From positions 39,528 to 103,527 of the forward strand of contig JAGSHN010000030.1 of the NCBI GenBank assembly GCA_029855935.1: DNA of 64,000 bases, given 5' to 3'. The notes under the pieces were generated by a model. The model ran no database searches, was not told the DNA's origin, and saw only the letters and a program-made list of their open reading frames with translations. The DNA comes from Candidatus Thorarchaeota archaeon. GTDB taxonomy: Archaea > Asgardarchaeota > Thorarchaeia > Thorarchaeales > Thorarchaeaceae. The position numbers and the translations under genes are program-made. Positions 39,210-46,821 of the stretch are shown here, in pieces (within the stretch, counting starts at the first letter, position 1; the number at the start of each line of letters is the position of its first letter).

Positions 39210-40526
39210 CTATACCTTCACTATCGGGTCTGGGAGCTTGAGGTCCTTGTGACCCTGCTGTTCAAAGATGAATCTCGCAGCGTCCATCAGACTCTTCTCG
39301 ATCCCAGCAATGTTGTTGTTCGTGGCAACTATGAGGTTGGCCCGGACGATATATCCGTTCTCATCGCACTCATAGTTGTGGATCAGCGTACCGCGCGGGG
39401 CCTCTACTATGCCGACACCGTCGCCAGCACGCGGCTCCACGTCTGACAGCTTGACGTCGGTGCTCACAATCTCTGGGTCCTCAAGCAACGCCTGAATGTT
39501 CTCTGCGGCCTGGACCATCTCGACGACACGCGCGTAGTGGTAGGCGAACGTGTGATGCGATGGCCGGCCCACAAGTTCCCGCATCTCCTCAAGCGCAGCC
39601 TGCGCCATCGGTGTCGCCATCTTGTCGGCCACATTGCAGCGGGCGAGCGTGTTGGCGCGCCAGATGCCATCCGGGTATCCTGCTGGCCTGTAGTAGATGT
39701 GCGTCGCGTACGAGTGGTTCGGTACGTGCTCGCCCACATACTTCGGATAGTCCTGTGGATCAAAGTCCACCTCGACCTTGCCGTCGGGGTTCATCACGCG
39801 GACCTTGCCATCGTAGATGTCGTGGACACCGTTGTTGGTCAGGCCCACGTAGTAAGTCGGCGTGACAGCGACCTTTGTGATGACATCGATGTAGTCGTTG
39901 ACGACCTTCTTTGCCAGGTCGACCGTCTTCTGTAGATTCTCCATCATCTCAGGGATCTGCTTGAGCCACTCGTCACGGACATCCTCTGACAGCGGACTCA
40001 GCATTCCACCGGGAATGCCCAGCGTTGGATGAATCGCCTTCGCGCCGACGGCCCTGCAGAGTTCCTGACCGAACTGCATCAACTTGATTGCCTGTACTGC
40101 GACATCCGGCAGATGCTTGAGAACGCCCGCCACGTTCCTGACGCCCGGAGGCGCGAACGGACCGAACACAAAGTCTGGCGCCGCGAGGGCGTAGAAGTGA
40201 ATCGCGTGGGATGAGAGCTGCTTTGCCTCGATAAGCAGCCTTCGCAACTTTATCGCCGCGGGAGGCGGAGTCACTCCCCACGCGGCCTCGACGGCCTTCA
40301 CAGAGGCGAGGTGGTGCGGAATCGGACAGATACCGCAGATTCTCGGTACAATCCGCGGTGCCTCCTCCATCGGGCGGCCCTCGAGGAACTTCTCAAAGAA
40401 CCTGGTGCTCGTCACGTTGAACTGAACGTCCTTGACCTTGCCGTCCTTGCCGAGGGTAATGGTCAGAGCTCCGTGGCCCTCAAGACGCGTGACGGGGTCT
40501 ATCTTGATGACTCTCTCTTCGGTCAT
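39210..40526 (-). CDS. mvhA: F420-non-reducing (group 3c) hydrogenase large subunit lacking C-terminal L2 motif (VhuA type)
   Basis: DPVTRLEGH, RICGICP..H (L1), EAPRGTLIH, NLIVAT; ends without DPCxxC. Confidence 0.93.
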   Translation of the reverse strand: MTEERVIKIDPVTRLEGHGALTITLGKDGKVKDVQFNVTSTRFFEKFLEGRPMEEAPRIVPRICGICPIPHHLASVKAVEAAWGVTPPPAAIKLRRLLIEAKQLSSHAIHFYALAAPDFVFGPFAPPGVRNVAGVLKHLPDVAVQAIKLMQFGQELCRAVGAKAIHPTLGIPGGMLSPLSEDVRDEWLKQIPEMMENLQKTVDLAKKVVNDYIDVITKVAVTPTYYVGLTNNGVHDIYDGKVRVMNPDGKVEVDFDPQDYPKYVGEHVPNHSYATHIYYRPAGYPDGIWRANTLARCNVADKMATPMAQAALEEMRELVGRPSHHTFAYHYARVVEMVQAAENIQALLEDPEIVSTDVKLSDVEPRAGDGVGIVEAPRGTLIHNYECDENGYIVRANLIVATNNNIAGIEKSLMDAARFIFEQQGHKDLKLPDPIVKV

Positions 40527-41446
40527 TTGGTCTTTGCCTCCTCACGACGAATGCGTATCCTGCCCAGATGGCTGGACGGGTAGGAGAATCTCCAGAACAT
40601 ACCAAGTGGGTCCTTACACTTCTCAAGTATCTTGTCCGGCTCAATTGGAGCATAGGTCCCCAGCATGCCTACTCCGGCCGCGCCCTGGTCCTGAGAAATT
40701 GGCGGTACGGGGCCAAAACAGCCCCTGCACGTTGCACCGCGATTCACGCACTGTCCCTCGCAGAGGCCCCACGTGGCCGAACCGAGGCAGACGTATCCCT
40801 GTTCGAGCAGGCACCTGTCGGGGTCGGCGACGCCCTCGTACGGACGGAGGATCTCGGGGATGGGCGTCTCCTTCTTCTCCCGGTTGCAGTAGTGGCAGAC
40901 AGCATATGGCGGGAGCTCGATCTCCTTACCCTCGAGAAGGGCGCTGACAGCTGTGAAGATCAGGTCAGAGGTGGGCGGACAACCTGGAAGGTAGATGTCA
41001 AAGTCCACATAGTCGCTATTCGGCCGGATGACTGGCTCGAAGGGCGGCACGTTCTCGGTGGGCACCTGACCCCCACTGACTGTCTTGTTGTCCTTGAATT
41101 TCACCTTGAGCGCGTCCTCAATGTCATAGAAGTTGGCAAGTCCGGGTATGCCACCGAAGCACGAACACGAGCCGAACGCTATCAGCGTCTTGCACTTCTT
41201 CCTCATCGTCTTGAGAAGATGCAGGTCCTCCTCCGTTCTCGCAACGCCCTCGTAGAAGCCAACGGCTATCGACCCGTCGGGATAGGACTCTAGGTCTTTG
41301 TGCTTGAAGTCAGCGACACACGCCCAGAACTTGATGTCCAGCTTCGGCAGGACATCAGCCAGTCTCAGATGAATGTCCACCAGACTCTGATAACAGCCCC
41401 AGCAGGAGCTGCCCTGGCCCATGGCCACAGACACCGGTTCGGTCAA
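40523..41446 (-). CDS. mvhG: F420-non-reducing hydrogenase small subunit
   Basis: SCWGC, GSC.CFGGIPGLAN, PGCPP, C..C, CLL.QG.VCLG, CRGCFGP. Confidence 0.93.
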   Translation of the reverse strand: MTEPVSVAMGQGSSCWGCYQSLVDIHLRLADVLPKLDIKFWACVADFKHKDLESYPDGSIAVGFYEGVARTEEDLHLLKTMRKKCKTLIAFGSCSCFGGIPGLANFYDIEDALKVKFKDNKTVSGGQVPTENVPPFEPVIRPNSDYVDFDIYLPGCPPTSDLIFTAVSALLEGKEIELPPYAVCHYCNREKKETPIPEILRPYEGVADPDRCLLEQGYVCLGSATWGLCEGQCVNRGATCRGCFGPVPPISQDQGAAGVGMLGTYAPIEPDKILEKCKDPLGMFWRFSYPSSHLGRIRIRREEAKTK

Positions 41447-41688
41447 TTCCTAACCTCCTTCTTTTGGTAGATAAGCTCCTTTCCGTTCTGTCCGGCAATC
41501 TCCACCTCGCCCCACTTCACGAGACCCAAGAGATTCCAGACTATGAGTTCCTTAGGAAGGTCTGTCCGCTCGGCCAAGTCGCTGACCGTGGCCGGTCCAA
41601 GCGTCAGTGCCTCAGTGATCATTCGACGCTGCCTTCGTACGTCACCGCGATTCTCCTGGAAGAACTTCCTGAACACTGTCATCTCCAT
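41443..41688 (-). CDS. Small winged-HTH protein inside the mvh operon
   Basis: I.EAL..GP.TVSDLAERT.LP...I...L..L...G.V; overlaps both neighbours. Confidence 0.7.
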   Translation of the reverse strand: MEMTVFRKFFQENRGDVRRQRRMITEALTLGPATVSDLAERTDLPKELIVWNLLGLVKWGEVEIAGQNGKELIYQKKEVRN

Positions 41689-42125
41689 TGCCCCCTGAGA
41701 GGTCCTAGCTTGCGCACCTGCTCCGTCAGAAGCGTGACCCCGTCAGCAAAGATCTGTGCCTCCGAGGCACTTGCCCACTGTAGCCGAATTCGTCGGGGAT
41801 CAATGCCCGCCTGCTCGACTGCCCTCTTGATGAGGGCCCAGCGCGCACGCATCTTCAGGTTGCCACTTGTGTAGTGGCAGTCGCCCGGATGACAACCGGA
41901 CACGAGTACACCATCTGCACCCATATCCAGTGCAGCAAGTATGAACTCCGGGTCAATCCGTCCTGTGCAGTTGACTCTGATTATCCTCGCATTTGGCGGA
42001 TACTGTATCCTGCTCGTCCCAGCAAGGTCCGCTCCCGCGTAGGAGCACCAGTTGCAGCAGAACGCCACGATCTTGGGCTCCCAGTCCTCGCTGGTGGTCT
42101 TCGTCTCCTGTGCCGCTTCGGTCAT
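41679..42125 (-). CDS. mvhD: MvhD [2Fe-2S] subunit
   Basis: EPKIVAFCCNWCSYAGADLAG, RV.CTGR, GADGV...GCHPGDCHY, W.SASE. Confidence 0.95.
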   Translation of the reverse strand: MTEAAQETKTTSEDWEPKIVAFCCNWCSYAGADLAGTSRIQYPPNARIIRVNCTGRIDPEFILAALDMGADGVLVSGCHPGDCHYTSGNLKMRARWALIKRAVEQAGIDPRRIRLQWASASEAQIFADGVTLLTEQVRKLGPLRGQWR

Positions 42126-43870
42126 CTTGCCTCACCTCCGCTCATCTGCGCGGGCATCAGAAGTGCCTCTACCATCGACAGTATCTGGTCGTCAGTCGAG
42201 TGCAGCATCGTTATCGCACCACTGGGACAGCCCGCTGCACAAGTCCCACAACCGTGGCACTTGGCCTCGGTGACGTGAGCCACAGGGGGATCATGCGACT
42301 CGTCTATCGACATTGCTCCGTACGGACAGGCTGTGATGCACGTGTGACAGGACGAACACACATCGGGATTCACGCTTGCAACGGTCGACTCAATCTCGAC
42401 CTCGCCGCGGGCAAGCAGCGCAGCGGCCTTCGCCGCAGCCCCACTCGCATCCACGACCGTCTCCGAGGCGTTCTTTGCGGCCTGAGCAACACCTGCTATC
42501 ATAATGCCTGCAGTGTGAGTTGTGAGAGGAGCGAGCTTGATGTGCTCGGGGTTGAAGAATCCGTCACTGCTCCTCGTGAGGCTGAATATCTTGGCAATCT
42601 CCTCAACGTCCTCCGGTGGGACCATTGCCGACGCCAAGACGAGGATGTCTGGCTTGAACTCCAGCAGGTCGTCAGCGAGAACATCGCGCCATCGCATCGT
42701 TATCTTGCCTCTCTTCACCCAGACCTCCGGGCGCTCGTCAGGATTGTACTTGCTGAATATGACGCGTTTCTCTCTCGCAAGTCTGTGGATCTCCTCGTGA
42801 CCACGGCCGTAGGTGCGCACATCCTGATAGAGTACGACCACCTCATCGACTCGGTCCTTCAGGTCAGAGGCCGCCTTTGCAACGGCCGAACAGCAATAGC
42901 GGGAGCAGTGCTCGTGACCCTTGACGCCCGGCTCTCGCGACCCAACACAACCGATGAAGGCGAGCTTCTTCGCGGGCTTGCCATCACTGGGCCGCAAGAG
43001 CTCGTCGCTTGGTGGCATCTCCTGTAGCTCGGCCAGGGTCATTATGTCGGGCGAGTCCTCGTATGCATAGTATCCGATCGGCTTGAACGGCTCGAAGCCT
43101 GTGGCAACAATCACGGCTCCGACCTTGACCTTGTGTTCCTCGCCGGTCTTGTTACTCTTGATGGTGATGTCAAAGTTGCCAATGTAGCCATCCAGCGCGG
43201 TCACCTTGCTATCAGTATAGACCGTGATGAGGTCGTGGTCCATCACCTCGTCAATCATCGGCGAGACGACCTCCCGACCGGACCTGTCAGCCGGGAACAT
43301 ATGGGTCCAGTGGATGACGTGCCCGCCCAGCTGCGGGCGCTTCTCCACAAGGACGACCTCGAAGCCTCTGTCTGCAATGTCCAGTGCAGCGCGCAGACCA
43401 GCGATGCCACCACCGACAACAAGTGCGCGAGGAGTCACCTGCACCGTCTTGACAGGGATACTCTCCAGTCTTGCTGCTCGTGCCACAGACATCCTGACAA
43501 GGTCGATGGCCTTCTCGGTGGCCGCCTCAGGCTCGTGCATGTGACACCACGAGACGTGCTCGCGGAGGTTGACCTGCTCGTACAGGTACCTGTTCAGACC
43601 GCCCTCCTCGACAACGCGACGAAATGTCGGCTCGTGCATTCTCGGCGAGCAGCTTGCCACAACGACACGGTTCAGGCCGTGCTCTTTGATCTTGTCACGG
43701 ATGAGCTGCTGGCCCGAGTCAGAACACATGAACATCTCGTCAGTTGAGAAGACCACGTGTGGAAATGTCGCGGCCACCTTGGCCACTCGCTCCACATCCA
43801 CTGTGCCAGCTATGTTATGCCCACAGTGGCACACAAACACGCCAATCCTTGGCTCCTCGCTCTCAGTCAA
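42122..43870 (-). CDS. hdrA: HdrA-like subunit with N-terminal domain and C-terminal ferredoxin but no inserted ferredoxin
   Basis: GVFVCHCG.NI, CSPRMHE, GGGIAG, GCVGSR, CSRYCC, C-terminal 2[4Fe-4S]; TFPT..C..C motif replaced by MFPADRSG. Confidence 0.88.
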   Translation of the reverse strand: MTESEEPRIGVFVCHCGHNIAGTVDVERVAKVAATFPHVVFSTDEMFMCSDSGQQLIRDKIKEHGLNRVVVASCSPRMHEPTFRRVVEEGGLNRYLYEQVNLREHVSWCHMHEPEAATEKAIDLVRMSVARAARLESIPVKTVQVTPRALVVGGGIAGLRAALDIADRGFEVVLVEKRPQLGGHVIHWTHMFPADRSGREVVSPMIDEVMDHDLITVYTDSKVTALDGYIGNFDITIKSNKTGEEHKVKVGAVIVATGFEPFKPIGYYAYEDSPDIMTLAELQEMPPSDELLRPSDGKPAKKLAFIGCVGSREPGVKGHEHCSRYCCSAVAKAASDLKDRVDEVVVLYQDVRTYGRGHEEIHRLAREKRVIFSKYNPDERPEVWVKRGKITMRWRDVLADDLLEFKPDILVLASAMVPPEDVEEIAKIFSLTRSSDGFFNPEHIKLAPLTTHTAGIMIAGVAQAAKNASETVVDASGAAAKAAALLARGEVEIESTVASVNPDVCSSCHTCITACPYGAMSIDESHDPPVAHVTEAKCHGCGTCAAGCPSGAITMLHSTDDQILSMVEALLMPAQMSGGEAR

Positions 43871-45184
43871 TCACTTGGCACCTCCGGAAGACAACAGTAT
43901 GGTTGCGCGCATTGCAGCCGCGCTGCCTGCGGTGACAGAGTCCGGAATGTCCTTCGGGCCGTCAGCGCAGCCGCAGACGAGAACGCCTGGGTGATCGGTC
44001 TCCAGCGGAGCCGTGAGGGCATCTCTGATCTCGACGTAGCCGTCTTCTGAGGTGCGAAGACCCAGCATCTCTGCGAGCCTGTGAAGGTCGTCTGCAGGCT
44101 GCAGACCCGGGCAGAGAACGACGAGATCGTGCTCGACATTGAGTATCCTGCCCGAGAGCGTATCCTCGACCTCGAACCTAAGGTTCTGAGTCTCAGGGTC
44201 CTCGATGATCTCACCCACACGTCCCTTTACAAAGTTCACACCGAATCTTGACCGGGCCATCTCATAGAACTCCTCGAAGCCCTTTCCAAAGGCCCGGATG
44301 TCAGCATAATAGACGCTGACCTCGGCATCAGGGTCGTGCTCACGGGCCATCACGGCGTTCTTGACACCGTACATGCAACACACCCGTGAGCAGTTCGGAA
44401 CACCCTTCTTTACGTCCCTCGCCCCGACACACTGGATGAACGCAATACGTTTCGGAACAGCTCCGTCAGTCAGACGGATGAGATGGCCGTTCGTCGGACC
44501 GGCTGCATTGATGAGACGCTCGAACTCCATCGCGGTTATGACGTTGGGGTACCTCCCGTAGCCGTACCGTGGATACTTGCGGACATCGAAGAGCCGGTAG
44601 CCCGTCGACAGGATAATCACGCCCACGTGCAGCTCCACTGTCGAGTCTTGCATGTCAAGGTCGATGGCGCCTCTCTCACAGACGCGGACGCACCTCTTGC
44701 ATCTTATGCAGGCCGAACTATCGATTGTGTACACGTTCGGTGTCGACTGCGGAAACATGACATAGATGGCCTTTCTGAACCCGAGGCCCTCATCAAACTC
44801 ATTGGGAACCTCGACGGGGCACTCACGCGCGCAGTCACCGCATCCTGAACACTTTGTCTCGTCGACAAAGCGGGCCTTCCTCCTGACACGCACACGCATG
44901 TCGCCAAGAGTTCCCTGGACGTGCTCGACCTCCGAGTAGGTGAGCAGCTCGATGTTGGGATGCCTTGCCACCTCGCTCAGGCGCGGTGTCAGAATACACG
45001 CCGAGCAGTCAAGTGTAGGAAACGTCTTGTCCAGTGCGGCCATTCTCCCGCCTATTGACGGGTTCTTCTCCACAAGGTACACTCTGTATCCTTGGTTGGC
45101 GGCATCAAGTGCGGCCTGCATGCCGGCCACGCCACCGCCCACGACCAGTATTGACTTCAATGCATCGTTGTTGGTGTCTACCAT
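43871..45184 (-). CDS. hdrA: Short HdrA-like subunit (FAD core plus inserted ferredoxin)
   Basis: GGGVAG, KTFPTLDCSACIL, CSGCGDC..CP, QCVGAR, CSRVCC, GPKDIP; lacks the N-terminal domain and C-terminal ferredoxin. Confidence 0.88.
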   Translation of the reverse strand: MVDTNNDALKSILVVGGGVAGMQAALDAANQGYRVYLVEKNPSIGGRMAALDKTFPTLDCSACILTPRLSEVARHPNIELLTYSEVEHVQGTLGDMRVRVRRKARFVDETKCSGCGDCARECPVEVPNEFDEGLGFRKAIYVMFPQSTPNVYTIDSSACIRCKRCVRVCERGAIDLDMQDSTVELHVGVIILSTGYRLFDVRKYPRYGYGRYPNVITAMEFERLINAAGPTNGHLIRLTDGAVPKRIAFIQCVGARDVKKGVPNCSRVCCMYGVKNAVMAREHDPDAEVSVYYADIRAFGKGFEEFYEMARSRFGVNFVKGRVGEIIEDPETQNLRFEVEDTLSGRILNVEHDLVVLCPGLQPADDLHRLAEMLGLRTSEDGYVEIRDALTAPLETDHPGVLVCGCADGPKDIPDSVTAGSAAAMRATILLSSGGAK

Positions 45185-46062
45185 TATCGCCCCTCCTGCA
45201 GTGCCTCCAACACAGAATCCGGGCTTATGCGGTTCATCTCAAAGCCAAGACGCTCCTCATCGATGCCCATCGCGGCACCGAGAAACTGTGTTATCGGCAT
45301 CACAGGGATTCTCTTCGAAGGCTTGATAGCCTCGTCGAACTGACACTGCGTCAGCTGCAGATCGCAGAACTCGCAGGCAGTCAGTATCACGTTGGCCCCA
45401 ACAAGCCCCACGTTGAATATCTTCTCCTGCCCGATCTTCGTCGCCACAGTGGTGTCCATGGCAAGCATTGGTCCTCCGCAGCAGCGGGTCTTGCCCGGGT
45501 AGTCAACAGCCTCCGCTCCTGCAATCTCGGCCAGACGGTCTATTATCGTCGGATTCTCCGGGTCATCCACCTGGACTATCTCAAAGGGTCTGGTCACGTG
45601 GCAGCCGTAGTGGGCCGCGATCTTCAGCCCATTGTAGGGACGGACGATGTGTCGCTCAATCTCGTCATAGCCAATCTCCTGAGCAAGAATCTGCAGGAGA
45701 TGCAACACTCTGGTCTTCCCGGTGTACTTCAGCCCCTCCTCAGCAAGGGTGTCATTGACCTTGCGACGAAGACCAGGGTCGTTGTCCAGGTTGTGCTTCG
45801 TGATCTTCAGCGAGCCTGAGCAGGCACCACACAGAGTGAGGATGTCCATCTCCTCGTCCTCAGCGAGGGCGAGGATTCGTCCGCCGATGACAGCAAAGGC
45901 GTCGGGGCTGAGGGACTCCACGAACTGTGCGCCGCAGCATGTCACGTCCTTCATCGGAATGGCCTTTACGCCCAGTTCCTTGAGGACATTCATGGTCGCC
46001 AGCTCATAGGCTGGCAGACGCACGGGTGTGGTGCAGCCTCTGTACAGTAGAATCTCTCTCAT
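45184..46062 (-). CDS. hdrB: Heterodisulfide reductase subunit B
   Basis: YRGC, CCG, CGAC, HYGCH..RP, CCGG, CEFC; ATG 46062 overlaps the hdrC stop. Confidence 0.92.
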   Translation of the reverse strand: MREILLYRGCTTPVRLPAYELATMNVLKELGVKAIPMKDVTCCGAQFVESLSPDAFAVIGGRILALAEDEEMDILTLCGACSGSLKITKHNLDNDPGLRRKVNDTLAEEGLKYTGKTRVLHLLQILAQEIGYDEIERHIVRPYNGLKIAAHYGCHVTRPFEIVQVDDPENPTIIDRLAEIAGAEAVDYPGKTRCCGGPMLAMDTTVATKIGQEKIFNVGLVGANVILTACEFCDLQLTQCQFDEAIKPSKRIPVMPITQFLGAAMGIDEERLGFEMNRISPDSVLEALQEGR

Positions 46063-46559
46063 TTCTCTCCCTCCGCTATCGGCAAGAGGTCCTTGATGCG
46101 TTTCAGGAACTTGTCGTTCCAACCAAGGTCGGGGTCAAGCCCCATATCCTCACGTTCCTCCTCCTCGAAGTCTGTGTACGAGTCCGCAAGCAGCCACCCG
46201 TTGTTGAGAAGTGAGTCCATCACCCGCCTGAACTCGGGAGGCACGTATCCCTCTCGTGCTGCGAGAATCCGAACGGCGTGGAACACCTCGGCAGGACTGA
46301 CACCCTCCTGACAGCGCTCCTCACAGAGCCGACACGTCATACACAGCCAGGGAAGTCTACTCTTCAGCACTTCCTCCCTCTCGCCAAGGAGGATCTTCTG
46401 AATCAGCTGGCGAGGCCGGTACTCATCGGTGTATCTCGCAACGGCGCAGCTTGCAGTGCAGATGCCGCACTGGATACACTTGTTGACGACCTCCCCGCCG
46501 GGAATAGCCGCCAGCTCCTCAGCAAAGCTTGAGGTTGGAACGTGAACCTTCTCAGTCAT
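46059..46559 (-). CDS. hdrC: Heterodisulfide reductase subunit C
   Basis: CIQCGICTASC and W.CMTCRLC..RC. Confidence 0.92.
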   Translation of the reverse strand: MTEKVHVPTSSFAEELAAIPGGEVVNKCIQCGICTASCAVARYTDEYRPRQLIQKILLGEREEVLKSRLPWLCMTCRLCEERCQEGVSPAEVFHAVRILAAREGYVPPEFRRVMDSLLNNGWLLADSYTDFEEEEREDMGLDPDLGWNDKFLKRIKDLLPIAEGEK

Positions 46560-46821
46560 TGACCGTCATCTCCAACTATCGTATGTGGGGCCGTGGAGTC
46601 CGAGGGGACCACGGTTTCGGAATGAAACTCAAGTTCCTCGCGAATCCAACGTTTCAGTGCTATTATCCTTAACGAGTCGAATAGCGGACACCAGAGGGGT
46701 AGAACATGAGACCGAAACAGAAGCGAACCGTACCTAAAGTGCTCGTTCTCCATCATCGCGTGGGGAACAGCGCTCCGCACGATCTCGATCGTCTCTCACC
46801 ACCTCCCCTGAGCGTACCGCG

